Below, in pieces: positions 27,883 to 37,236 of a DNA stretch of 64,000 nt. The position numbers were made by a program, and so were the translations under genes. Source of the DNA: Bryobacteraceae bacterium (lineage in GTDB: Bacteria; Acidobacteriota; Terriglobia; Bryobacterales; Bryobacteraceae); NCBI GenBank assembly GCA_051003475.1, contig JBPCLH010000070.1, positions 9,636-73,635 of the forward strand. The letters run 5' to 3'. Under the pieces are notes generated by a model. That model saw only the letters and a list, made by a program, of their open reading frames with translations, was not told where the DNA came from and ran no database searches. Every line of letters starts with the position of its first letter. The first letter of the stretch is position 1.

Positions 27883-27958
27883 ATTTTAGGTCTGAAACAC
27901 TCTCCTGACTGTTGACTGTAGCATCTGCGGAGAAGGAGGTGCTTACCGCGCGCGGAGA

Positions 27959-30343
27959 CTAGCCGATCTGATTCACGAAAAAGCGGATCTTGGTTTGCTC
28001 ATCTTGCTGCGAAGCGTTCTTCAACGCTTTTCCGGCCTCCTCGCGCGCGCCTTGCTTGTCGCCCTGCTTCAAGAGCGCCATCGCCAAATGCAAATGGAAG
28101 ATCGCGTTCGTGGGTTCGTCTTGGACTCCCTGGCGGAAGATCCGCACTGCTTCAGGATTCAAATTCTTTTGAAAGTAAACGAACCCGAGAGTATCGGAAA
28201 TGTCCGGATTATTTGGGTATTTCTTTTTCGCTCGTTCGGCAAAAGTCATGGCCTGGTCGAGATTTGCTCCCGCTTGAGCATTCAGAAAGGCGAGGTTGTT
28301 CAGGGCGAGCGCATTATCGGGATCGATGCCCAAGACCTTGTTGTACGTGTCGATAGCTTCTTGCTTTCTGTTTAGCGCGTCCAAGAGCATGGCCCGATTG
28401 AGAAAGGCTTCGGCGCTGTGGGGTTTGGCGGTGCCGGCTTGTTCGAAAGACACGAGCGCAGCTTCGTATTCGCCAAGTTGTCGCTGCATGACACCGAGCC
28501 GCAGCCGCACGTCACTGGAGTTCTGCTCCGCCTTGAGTATGTTCTTGTAATTATCTGCGGCTTGCTGGAATAAAGTCTTTGCACGCTTCGGATCGGACCT
28601 AATGACGGCGATTCCCGCTGACGCTTCGACGTTTGCGAGTTGATAGCGATAGGAAGCGTCGGTGGGGTTCTTTTGTATGAAATCCTGGAGCGCCCGGACC
28701 GCTTCATCACCTTTTCCTTGCGCTAATTTCACATTCTGCAATCCGATAAAGCCTCGGCTGTCGGGCGGGTCAGAACTCCACATGCGCTGAAATTCACCCG
28801 AAGCTTTCGCGGCTTGGTTTGCGGTCAGGTAGAAATTTCCCAGCGTAAAGCGGGCATCATTCATTTGTGGATATTGCTGTAAGAGCGCTTCAAGCTCGGG
28901 AAGTGCCCGGTCGGCTGCATTGAGTCCAATCAAAGCGCGACCCCGTATCAACCGGGCATCCGCGTTGCCGGGTTCAGATGCGAGAATGACGTCTGTCTGC
29001 TCCAGCGCCTTAGGGTGCTGCCCGCGATCTTCATATATATGCGCGGCGATGAAGCGCGCAAAAGTCAGCTTCGGCTGCTCCCGAATTGCTTCCAGCGCTT
29101 CAGTCAACGATTTATCGTTTTCATTCAAGCTGAAATAAGCGCGGGCAAGATCCAGGTGGAGTATGGCATCCGCGGGATTCTTTTGAACCAGGCCGTTTAA
29201 CTCGGCGAGCGATTTCACAGCTTCGGTCGCGAAACCCGTTTCGAGCAGGAGTGAAGCGTACATCTGGTTCGTCAAGGTATCTTTGGGATTCTTTTCCGCA
29301 AGTGCCTTTGCTAAACGGACTGCGTCATCGCGCCGGCCCATCATCGTGTACGCCGTCACGATTCGCTGATCGTAATGCAAAGCGTTCTTCTGATCCTCTT
29401 TGCTGCCCTTCTGGTATTGATCGAGAGCTCGGTCGAGCTTTCCCGCCCGCACGTAGAAGTCACCCGCCATTTCTCTATCGCCGGAGAAATGCTTGCTGCG
29501 GATGACTTGCCCGATGAGGCCGTCGGCCTCAGCAAAGCGGTTTGTTGCCAGGAGATAATTTGCAAGGTTGGCTACCGCTGCCGAACTCGATGGGTCATTC
29601 GCAACACGCTCGCGAAGCAGAGCCTCGGCCTTGTCAGGACTGTTCTGGTTTTTGTATTGGAGAAAGAGGAAGTCGTAGCCGGGCCCCCACGTTTTGTCGT
29701 GGGCAATCATCTCCCTTGTGAGCGTTCCAGCTTCCTCAGGCCTTTTGGCGGCCACGAGCGCTTGGGCATACCAGCCAACAATCTCACGAGAATAAGGCCT
29801 GATGCGATTCGCCTCGGCAAAGCTTGCGAGCGCCTTATCAGGGTTCCGCTCAGCCAAATCCAAAAACCCCTGCAGCCGAATCCCGTTAAAGGAATTTGTT
29901 TCGTGTTGCAAAACTTTTGAGGTCAGCTCACGAACTTCGGCCAAAAGCGTCTTGAACTTTTTTGGATCGCTCGAGTAGACGAAAAGGTAGATCTCGGCGA
30001 GCTTTACCTCCGCGTCGGTATTGTTCGGGTTGAGGTCCACGGCGCGCCGCAAGAACTTTGAGGCCTCAAGTGGATTTCTTTGATCGAGGAGGTTCAAACC
30101 CTCGAGATAATACGCCTTAGCATTCGTTTTGTCTTTCGCTATGGCCTTCCTCGCTATGGCCTTCCTATATAGGATGGAAGCTTCTTTGTATTTTTTTTCC
30201 TGGTGGTAGTTATTGCCCTTGGCTAACAGCTTTTGGGAGCTCTGCGTACAGGCCGAGCCGAAAAGAAGGGCACAGATACCCGCAAGGGCTAAAAGAGACT
30301 TCATTCCATTTTGGATTGTAAGGAAACGTCGCGAATCGGACAA
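27959..30343 (-). CDS. Large TPR-repeat lipoprotein
   Basis: 794 aa. Lipobox-like LFGSAC after the signal peptide. Many TPR units follow (recurrent A..Y...L...P.n..A...LA pattern). Confidence 0.8.
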   Translation of the reverse strand: MSDSRRFLTIQNGMKSLLALAGICALLFGSACTQSSQKLLAKGNNYHQEKKYKEASILYRKAIARKAIAKDKTNAKAYYLEGLNLLDQRNPLEASKFLRRAVDLNPNNTDAEVKLAEIYLFVYSSDPKKFKTLLAEVRELTSKVLQHETNSFNGIRLQGFLDLAERNPDKALASFAEANRIRPYSREIVGWYAQALVAAKRPEEAGTLTREMIAHDKTWGPGYDFLFLQYKNQNSPDKAEALLRERVANDPSSSAAVANLANYLLATNRFAEADGLIGQVIRSKHFSGDREMAGDFYVRAGKLDRALDQYQKGSKEDQKNALHYDQRIVTAYTMMGRRDDAVRLAKALAEKNPKDTLTNQMYASLLLETGFATEAVKSLAELNGLVQKNPADAILHLDLARAYFSLNENDKSLTEALEAIREQPKLTFARFIAAHIYEDRGQHPKALEQTDVILASEPGNADARLIRGRALIGLNAADRALPELEALLQQYPQMNDARFTLGNFYLTANQAAKASGEFQRMWSSDPPDSRGFIGLQNVKLAQGKGDEAVRALQDFIQKNPTDASYRYQLANVEASAGIAVIRSDPKRAKTLFQQAADNYKNILKAEQNSSDVRLRLGVMQRQLGEYEAALVSFEQAGTAKPHSAEAFLNRAMLLDALNRKQEAIDTYNKVLGIDPDNALALNNLAFLNAQAGANLDQAMTFAERAKKKYPNNPDISDTLGFVYFQKNLNPEAVRIFRQGVQDEPTNAIFHLHLAMALLKQGDKQGAREEAGKALKNASQQDEQTKIRFFVNQIG

Positions 30344-30454
30344 TCCTGCTCTGGTGTTAGATGGTCAGACATCTCCGGTATGTGTGCGTGGCAGGGAAGC
30401 GTTTTGTGGAGAATACCGGTCGTTGCGGTTCTGTCCCGCTATAATCGGCCATAA

Positions 30455-31153
30455 ATGCGGCGTTTTTCGATCGTTTTGGCTGTCGCGATTTTCGTGTTCT
30501 CCGCTTGTGTATCAGCGCAAGCCACCCAAGGCTCGCAATCGCATCGACCAGTGAAGCCCCCGCCTCGTGCGTTACCGCCTGTCACGCTGCCTACGGAACC
30601 TGGACTTTATGCGGTCGTCTACACGTCCATGGGAAACATCGTTTGCCGGTTATTCGAGAAAGATGCTCCGAAGGCGGTGGCCAACTTTCGAGGGCTGGCT
30701 ACAGGGACTAAGGCATGGACCGATCCGGCAACAGGCAGAGTGAAACACACGCCGCTCTACTCGGGGACGACGTTTCATCGAGTCATTCCGCAGTTCATGA
30801 TTCAAGGCGGTGATCCGACCGGCACAGGAACGGGCAGTCCCGGATATCAGTTTGAAGATGAGTTCGAGCCGAGTCACGCCTTCGATCACCCTGGCATTCT
30901 CGCGATGGCGAACTCCGGGCCAAACACGAATGGTTCGCAGTTTTTCATCACTGTTGCGCCAACGCCTTGGTTGAACGGCAAACACACGATCTTCGGCGAG
31001 GTTGCTTCGGGTGAGGACGTCGTGGATGCGATTTCGCAAGTCCCACGGGACGATCAAGACAAGCCGCTCACTCCAGTCAAGATCACACGGATCTTAATCC
31101 GTCGAGTTGCGGTGACGCTTGGAAGCCACCCGCAAGCTCCGCCGAAACCTTAG
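30455..31153 (+). CDS. Secreted cyclophilin-type peptidyl-prolyl cis-trans isomerase
   Basis: 232 aa. Signal peptide, then FHRVIPQFMIQGGDP, LAMANSGPNTNGSQFFIT and LNGKHTIFGEV. Confidence 0.92.
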   Translation: MRRFSIVLAVAIFVFSACVSAQATQGSQSHRPVKPPPRALPPVTLPTEPGLYAVVYTSMGNIVCRLFEKDAPKAVANFRGLATGTKAWTDPATGRVKHTPLYSGTTFHRVIPQFMIQGGDPTGTGTGSPGYQFEDEFEPSHAFDHPGILAMANSGPNTNGSQFFITVAPTPWLNGKHTIFGEVASGEDVVDAISQVPRDDQDKPLTPVKITRILIRRVAVTLGSHPQAPPKP

Positions 31154-31509
31154 CGCTTTGAAAGATGCGTGACAAGTTTCAGAAAAAAAAGATCCTCGTT
31201 GGAATCAGTAGCTTCCTTCGCCTCCGTTCGAGCATCTGCGGTTCACCAGCTTATCGTTGATCAGGTTGCCGGGTGAGCGAGCCGTGCCCGTTCGGGAGAG
31301 ACCCGTAGCTTTGAGTTTCCACGTTTGCTCGTCAGCATCTCCCGCGCGTGTGGGCGCACGCGTATAGAGGTGGTTGGCCCGGCGGCCCGGCCATCTCCCG
31401 GTTGAGCAGCTGGCAAGCGAAGGTGGAGAAGGTACCGGAATGCGCGTCCCGGTGCCGGGGGGCGCATTGCTTTGGGCGAGCAGTACGCCTCTGATTTTCT
31501 CGTTCGCGG

Positions 31510-32739
31510 ATGAGCCTCCCAATATCTCTTGCGAACCCCGGGCAGGCATGGCAGAGTAGCTGTTTGTACTCCTACTCCGAACGCCTTCCCTGGTCTTTTT
31601 CCTCGAATCCTTTCAGCAGATTGGTCGAAGAGATGCGAAAAGCAGGCGTTCCTCTCATCGATCTGACAGTTTCGAATCCCGTCGAAGTGTTTGGAGATTA
31701 TCCGCACTCGGAGATCGGTCGTGCTTATGGGAATGTCAAAGATTTTGTGTACCGCCCGAATCCGTTCGGAAGCCGAGAAAGCAGGCTGGCGGTAGCACGG
31801 TATTACAAACGGCGCAATCTTGCGATTTCACCGGATCAAATTCTCCTAACGGCAAGCACAAGTGAGGCGTACTCGCTGCTGTTCAAATTGTTTTGCAACG
31901 CAGGCGACGAAATCCTGGCGCCGCTTCCCTCTTATCCACTATTCGAATATCTGGCGGCATTGGAGTCAGTGCGTTTTGTTCCTTACTCTCTGGCGTACGA
32001 CGGAAGCTGGTACATCGATTTCGACCATCTTCGACAGCAGATTTCTCCGCGAACTCGAGCCGTGGTCGTCGTGAATCCAAACAATCCGACGGGTTCCTTT
32101 TTGAAGAAATTTGAGGCCGAAACTCTGTTCGACGTGGCAGAAGAGCGTGGGCTGCCGATCATCTCGGACGAAGTATTCATGGACTATCCAATAGGGTCCG
32201 GTGCGGATTCTTTTAGGACGTTCATCGGCCAAGACTCGGTGCTTAGTTTTTCGTTGAACGGGCTATCAAAGGCCGCCGGAATGCCGCAAATGAAGCTTGC
32301 ATGGATCGCACTCAATGGTCCAGAACGAGATCGGGAGACTGCGCGGGAGCGTCTGGAACTGCTTCTCGACACCTATTTATCGGTTGGAACTCCCGTGCAA
32401 TCCGCTTTGGCCGAATTGCTCGATATAGGAGAAAGCATTCAGGAGCAAATCCGGTTTCGGACAGCACAGAATATGAAGTCCTTGCAGGTTCTGGTAGAAG
32501 GTAGTCCACTTGGCTGTCTTCATATCGAAGGGGGCTGGTCGGCGATTCTTCAGCTCCCGACGAAGCTCTTAGAGGAAGAGTTGATCGCCAGGCTGCTTGA
32601 GGAACAAAACGTGATAGTGCAACCGGGTTATTTTTTCGACATGGCGTCTGAAAATTACCTTGTAGTTAGTTTGATTACACCGCCCGATGAGTTCGTCGAA
32701 GGAATTCGCAGAGTACACCAGCTCGCGTCGAGTGTTTAG
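31510..32739 (+). CDS. Class I/II PLP-dependent aminotransferase
   Basis: 409 aa. Contains IDLTVSNP, VVVVNPNNPTG and the SLNGLSKAAGMPQMKLAW PLP-lysine region. The exact start is uncertain. Confidence 0.8.
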   Translation: MSLPISLANPGQAWQSSCLYSYSERLPWSFSSNPFSRLVEEMRKAGVPLIDLTVSNPVEVFGDYPHSEIGRAYGNVKDFVYRPNPFGSRESRLAVARYYKRRNLAISPDQILLTASTSEAYSLLFKLFCNAGDEILAPLPSYPLFEYLAALESVRFVPYSLAYDGSWYIDFDHLRQQISPRTRAVVVVNPNNPTGSFLKKFEAETLFDVAEERGLPIISDEVFMDYPIGSGADSFRTFIGQDSVLSFSLNGLSKAAGMPQMKLAWIALNGPERDRETARERLELLLDTYLSVGTPVQSALAELLDIGESIQEQIRFRTAQNMKSLQVLVEGSPLGCLHIEGGWSAILQLPTKLLEEELIARLLEEQNVIVQPGYFFDMASENYLVVSLITPPDEFVEGIRRVHQLASSV

Positions 32740-32761
32740 CTCATGTCTCCGGGGGGACTCG

Positions 32762-33682
32762 TTACTCAATCGTGAAGGCTTGCTTTGTTTGATAGGTCTG
32801 ATTTGCGATCATGTCGCGAACGGTCAGAATGACGACGTACTGGCCTCGAGAGGAATCGGAAGACGTGGTCAAGGTGAAAGTGCCGGGGATGAACTGGGCG
32901 GGATAGAAGCTGTTTTCGTGGAATTCTGTTGCTCTTGGCTGCTCAAGGAACGGCTTCCCATCGGGCCGCAGCACGGTAAGACCGTAAGCCACATGGTATA
33001 GATTTTGAGGACCGATCCTGTAGCCCACCATTTCGAAACTGGCGTAGATGTTATCGCCTGGGCGGTAGGCGGGGACTTCCAGCGGCTCGCGGTCATTCTC
33101 TTGACGAAGAAAGCGAAAATTCTGAACAGTAATAGTGTTGGAAAGCTGAACCTTGACGCCGCCGATTCGAAAGGGGAAATCCTTCGATGCCTGACTGTTG
33201 GCAAAGAGATCCTTGACGACGACGCGGATTCGAAACTCGCCCGCAGAAACATAGGAGGGCAGGAGAAAAGAGACGCGGCGCTTAGGCATCCAGTTCTTGT
33301 CTTCGGGGTTCAGCTCAACCTGCACGGTACCTGAGTTGGACGGGGTCAACGCGAGGCCGTTCAAATCTTGCGGCGTCACTTCGTAGGCAAGCGAGATGTG
33401 CCGCACCGCTTCGGAATCTTCGGATTTTATGGAAAAACCGGCGATCTGGAAGCTGAAATAGACGAAATCTCCCGGCAAGAATTGATAACCGGCGGGCACG
33501 AACGGCGCGTCTTCCGATGGCTCTATTCCACCGTTGATAACGGTGAGCGAAGATTCAGCGGCGCGTCCACATGCAGGAAGGAGTGCGCCGGCGATGAGGA
33601 GACCTGCAATCGCGGAAGCAAGGGCGAGCCGTGGAAAGCTAATGGGAAACTGGGGATGACTGAATTCGGGAAGAAGATCCAA
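32762..33682 (-). CDS. Hypothetical secreted protein or lipoprotein
   Basis: 306 aa. Signal and lipobox-like sequence LLIAGALLPACG. The composition is beta-rich and two internally similar halves are visible (…YFSFQIAGF… / …YASFEMVGY…). I recognised no family. Confidence 0.55.
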   Translation of the reverse strand: MDLLPEFSHPQFPISFPRLALASAIAGLLIAGALLPACGRAAESSLTVINGGIEPSEDAPFVPAGYQFLPGDFVYFSFQIAGFSIKSEDSEAVRHISLAYEVTPQDLNGLALTPSNSGTVQVELNPEDKNWMPKRRVSFLLPSYVSAGEFRIRVVVKDLFANSQASKDFPFRIGGVKVQLSNTITVQNFRFLRQENDREPLEVPAYRPGDNIYASFEMVGYRIGPQNLYHVAYGLTVLRPDGKPFLEQPRATEFHENSFYPAQFIPGTFTLTTSSDSSRGQYVVILTVRDMIANQTYQTKQAFTIE

Positions 33683-33742
33683 ACGTGCCGATCCGTCCTG
33701 AGCGTAACATGAGCGTGGATGGAATTACAGCTGAGGTGAAAC

Positions 33743-34738
33743 CTGAAGGCAACGAGTATCGAGCGAAATCCGCGCAAGGGTAGCGGGACAGCGACACCTG
33801 CGCCCATCAGCCGATATATCGATTTCAACCGCGAACAATGGAAAGCGCTTCGCTCGAACACGCCACTCCTGCTGAATGAGGAAGAGCTTGGGTCACTTCG
33901 TGGGATCAACGAGCAAGTGTCACTACTCGAAGTGGAGGAAATCTATGTTCCTTTGTCCCGGTTGTTGAACCTGCACGTCGCCGCTGTTCAGCATCTCTAC
34001 CGCGCCAGACGCGAGTTCATGGGATCGCCACCGGCTAGCAAGGTGCCTTACATCATTGCGGTGGCAGGAAGCGTCGCGGTTGGAAAAAGCACATTCTCGC
34101 GCGTTCTGCAGGCATGTCTCGCCAGATGGATCGACCATCCGCGGGTAGATCTGGTGACTACCGACGGATTTCTTTATCCGAACCGAGTTCTCGAGGAGCG
34201 CGGCCTGATGAATCGCAAAGGCTTTCCCGACAGCTATGACCAGCGGCGGCTTCTCCATTTTTTAGCAGACATCAAGGCCGGCGTTCCGGTCGTCGCCGCT
34301 CCTGTTTATTCTCATCTTCACTACGACATCGTTCCGGACGCGATACAGGAAGTGAGACAACCGGACATTCTGATCATGGAAGGTTTGAATTTGCTGCAAT
34401 CCCCCGGCGAAGATGCGCGAGGAGCATCGAGGGTGTTCGTCTCAGACTTGTTCGATTTCTCGATTTATCTGGACACGGACGAGCAGACGATTGAGCGGTG
34501 GTATGTGGAACGTTTCCTGCGACTGCGCGAGACAGTGTTCCGCGAGCAGGCATCCTACTTCCATCGCTATGTCCAACTCAGTGAAACAGAGGCGAGAGAA
34601 ACCGCCCGGCGCATTTGGGAAGAGATCAATCTTTTGAATTTGCGCGAAAACATTCGTCCGACACGCGAGCGCGCGCATTTGATCCTTGAGAAAGGCGATG
34701 ATCATCTAACCGAAAGGGTGAAGCTGCGCCGAGTGTGA
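33743..34738 (+). CDS. coaA: Type I pantothenate kinase (start codon unresolved)
   Basis: Contains [18 protein letters not shown] (P-loop), TTDGFLYPN and [10 protein letters not shown]. Collinearity with E. coli CoaA continues upstream of the first canonical start (GTG 33917) through [34 protein letters not shown]. 33743 is the first in-frame CTG after the upstream stop. Confidence 0.85.
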   Translation: MKATSIERNPRKGSGTATPAPISRYIDFNREQWKALRSNTPLLLNEEELGSLRGINEQVSLLEVEEIYVPLSRLLNLHVAAVQHLYRARREFMGSPPASKVPYIIAVAGSVAVGKSTFSRVLQACLARWIDHPRVDLVTTDGFLYPNRVLEERGLMNRKGFPDSYDQRRLLHFLADIKAGVPVVAAPVYSHLHYDIVPDAIQEVRQPDILIMEGLNLLQSPGEDARGASRVFVSDLFDFSIYLDTDEQTIERWYVERFLRLRETVFREQASYFHRYVQLSETEARETARRIWEEINLLNLRENIRPTRERAHLILEKGDDHLTERVKLRRV

Positions 34739-34778
34739 AAACCACAACGCTTGAACTTAAAGACTGACCGGATTGAGT

Positions 34779-34854
34779 TGGTGGACCTGAAGGGATTCGA
34801 ACCCTTGACCTCTTCCATGCCATGGAAGCGCGCTCCCAACTGCGCCACAGGCCC
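34779..34854 (-). tRNA. tRNA-Ala (anticodon GGC), CCA encoded
   Basis: The reverse complement is GGGCCTGTGGCGCAGTTGGGAGCGCGCTTCCATGGCATGGAAGAGGTCAAGGGTTCGAATCCCTTCAGGTCCACCA. It folds as a cloverleaf with the G3:U70 Ala identity pair, anticodon loop AT-GGC-AT and a GGTTCGAATCC T-arm. Confidence 0.93.
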
Positions 34855-35038
34855 ACGAGAAGGGGCTTGCCGTCACGAGAATATCACAGCGACGTACCGT
34901 AGGTACCGCGCTCGTTCGGCGAACCAAAGTACTAGTAAACTTTACTTCGCAAAAGTATTGACTCACCTCCCAATCAACGGCACAATCAAACGGTCGGAAT
35001 CAATGTCCTAGTCTTTGGTATTGACTGACGGATTTTGA

Positions 35039-35341
35039 ATGAACCAGCAACTTTCTCCGAACATCGCCTTTACTCCTCAAGACGGTTCCGTCACCAGGAG
35101 CAGTCTCGATCCCCGTCAAGCGGGTCCGCAAGCTCTATCGTTAGATGAGTTTGTACATGAGCTTCGTCAGCCGTTAGGCGTGATCGAATCTCTTGCGTAC
35201 TATCTTGAACTTACTTCGCAGGATGAAACGGTGAGTGCTCACCTGGAGCGCATTCGGCTGATGGTCTTACAGGTGCACGGTATTTTAGAGCGGACACGCG
35301 CGTCAGAAAACGTATTACGCTTCGCATCCTCTTCCTGCTAG
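35039..35341 (+). CDS. Stand-alone HisKA/DHp-like (histidine-kinase dimerisation/phosphoacceptor) small protein
   Basis: 100 aa. H-box-like FVHELRQPLGVIESLAYYLEL is followed by a second predicted helix. No HATPase_c domain follows it. Confidence 0.55.
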   Translation: MNQQLSPNIAFTPQDGSVTRSSLDPRQAGPQALSLDEFVHELRQPLGVIESLAYYLELTSQDETVSAHLERIRLMVLQVHGILERTRASENVLRFASSSC

Positions 35342-35344
35342 CAA

Positions 35345-36397
35345 TCAAGACTCCGGTCCATGCTGCTGGGCCATTAAATCCTTAACTCTTTGCTCCAGTT
35401 GACGCAGTTCTCGGCGCAGCTCGGGCAATCTCGCGATGTTCGCCAAACCAGTCAAGTGGCTGCGAAGAGGACGCGCCGGTATTCCCCAGACGGCCTCGCC
35501 CGCGCGAATCTTTTGTGAAGGAAGGACACCGCTTTTTCCGCCGATGACCGCCTTTGATTCGACATTCGCGTTTTCGCCGAATCCAGCTTGCCCGCCGATA
35601 ACCGCGTAATCGCCGACAGAGACGCTGCCGGAAAACCCAGTTTGCGCGGCAACCACCACGTGCTTACCAATTCTGCAATTGTGAGCTACGTGAACCAGGT
35701 TATCGAGTTTGGTACCTTCACCAATTTGGGTGACTCCGAGCGCTGCTCGATCAATGCACGAATTTGCACCGATTTCGACATCGTCAGCGATCTCGACCGT
35801 GCCGATTTGTGGAAACTTTTCATAGCGATCACCGGTTAATGTAAAGCCAAAGCCGTCAGCTCCGACGACGGAACCCGAATGCAGCACAACACGGGCTCCG
35901 ATGCGTACATCCTCATAGAGCGTTACGTTTGCATGCAGGGTAGTGTTTTCGCCTATTGTGACGCGATCGCCGATGCTGCAGCTGTTTCCAATCGAAGAAC
36001 CGTTTCCAATCCGCGTGTGCTCGCCCACAGTCGTGTACGCTCCAATGAAACAATCGCCTGCGACGCTAGCCGTAAGAGCGACGATGGCCGTGGGATGAAT
36101 GAACGGTGACGGGCGTTGCTTGGGGAATAGAGCTCCGAGCGCACTTGCAAAGGCCCTACGGGGATCCTCTACTCGGATCAGCGACCATGGACCAGCTCCG
36201 CTGAAAGAGTGAGGAACGAGCAAGCAACCTGCACGCGAACAAACTGCGGACTTGAGTGCTTTCTGATTCGCGACAAACGAGAGGTCAGTTGAGGTCGCAT
36301 CCTCAAGCGCATTTGCGCTGCTGATCAGGAGCTGAGTATTGCCTTCGGCTTGCCCGCCGCAGAGCTCGGCTATCTGAGCGACTGTGAGGTAAGGCAT
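35345..36397 (-). CDS. lpxD: UDP-3-O-acylglucosamine N-acyltransferase
   Basis: 350 aa. LpxD-type N-terminal domain (LTVAQIAELCGG...), extended hexapeptide repeats and a C-terminal helical tail. Confidence 0.9.
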   Translation of the reverse strand: MPYLTVAQIAELCGGQAEGNTQLLISSANALEDATSTDLSFVANQKALKSAVCSRAGCLLVPHSFSGAGPWSLIRVEDPRRAFASALGALFPKQRPSPFIHPTAIVALTASVAGDCFIGAYTTVGEHTRIGNGSSIGNSCSIGDRVTIGENTTLHANVTLYEDVRIGARVVLHSGSVVGADGFGFTLTGDRYEKFPQIGTVEIADDVEIGANSCIDRAALGVTQIGEGTKLDNLVHVAHNCRIGKHVVVAAQTGFSGSVSVGDYAVIGGQAGFGENANVESKAVIGGKSGVLPSQKIRAGEAVWGIPARPLRSHLTGLANIARLPELRRELRQLEQRVKDLMAQQHGPES

Positions 36398-36411
36398 GTC
36401 ACATACTTAAC

Positions 36412-37227
36412 ATGATGTCCGTTGACGCATCTGCCTATGTTGCAACGACTGCGCAGGTACATCCGGACGCCGTGATCGGCCCCGGCACCCAGGTTGGTGA
36501 ATTCTGTGTGATCGAGCGAGACGTCGTGATCGGAGCACGTTGCGTGCTGGAGCCATACGTCTACGTGAAGCAATGGACCCGCATGGGGGACGAGAACCAA
36601 ATTTCCGCAGGCACGGCGTTAGGCACCGATCCGCTGGATAAGAGCTTCACTGGCGAGCGAAGCTATTTGTTCATAGGCGATCGGAATAAAATTCGCGAAC
36701 ACTACACGATCTCCCGAGGCAGCCAGCCGGAATCGGAAACCCGCATTGGCGACGACAACTACGTGATGACGTCGGGTCACATCGCGCACAATTGCATTCT
36801 TGGTGACAAGATTGTAGTCGCAAGTTGTGTGCTGGTGGCAGGATATGTGGAAGTGGAGAGCGAGGCCTTCATCTCGGGCGGAGTTGTGGTTCATCAATTT
36901 TCTAAGATTGGCCGGCTTGCCATGATCGGCGGGAATTCGCGAGTGAACAGCGACCTTCCACCTTACTTTCTGTATTCGGATTTCAACGTAGCAGCGAAAG
37001 GTCTGAACCTGGTGGGATTGAAACGAGCCAATTTTTCCCAGGAAGAAATCGGGTGCCTGAAGGTTGCCTACAGCCTGCTTTATCGAGCAGGTTTGAAGAC
37101 GGAAGAGGCATTATCCCGCATTGAGGCGGAGGTTCCATCGGAGCACACTGCGCATCTTATAGATTTCGTCCGGCGAAGCAAACGGGGGATTTGCCGGGAG
37201 GAGATAGTGCGGCGAATAAGACCGTAG
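36412..37227 (+). CDS. lpxA: Acyl-ACP--UDP-N-acetylglucosamine O-acyltransferase
   Basis: 271 aa. Hexapeptide-repeat beta-helix (VHPDAVIGPGTQVGEFCVIERDVVIG...), HIAHNC and the GLNLVGLKR C-terminal domain. Confidence 0.9.
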   Translation: MMSVDASAYVATTAQVHPDAVIGPGTQVGEFCVIERDVVIGARCVLEPYVYVKQWTRMGDENQISAGTALGTDPLDKSFTGERSYLFIGDRNKIREHYTISRGSQPESETRIGDDNYVMTSGHIAHNCILGDKIVVASCVLVAGYVEVESEAFISGGVVVHQFSKIGRLAMIGGNSRVNSDLPPYFLYSDFNVAAKGLNLVGLKRANFSQEEIGCLKVAYSLLYRAGLKTEEALSRIEAEVPSEHTAHLIDFVRRSKRGICREEIVRRIRP

Positions 37228-37236
37228 AGGTCGCGA

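Noticed and set aside
31200-31230. Possible SRP RNA, based on a GAAGGAAGC match on the minus strand
   Set aside because: The surrounding sequence lacks the conserved GNRA-tetraloop helix context (…CCGGAAGG…GGCAG…) and the pairing partner strand, so the match is too short to mean anything.
31205-31707. Minus-strand ORFs of 114 and 148 aa in the ppi-aminotransferase spacer
   Set aside because: The translations are Arg/Pro/Gly/Ala-rich with no hydrophobic core pattern or motifs, so they are probably not coding. I kept the region only as an unexplained-intergenic finding.
33523-33909. 128-aa minus-strand ORF upstream of coaA
   Set aside because: It overlaps the conserved CoaA N-terminal coding frame and the start region of the 32762-33682 gene, and has no motifs.
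34950-35035. Repeated GTATTGACT(C/G)AC elements near tRNA-Ala as a regulatory repeat
   Set aside because: There are only two short copies. They resemble generic -35 (TTGACT) promoter hexamers, which is not enough to call a specific operator.
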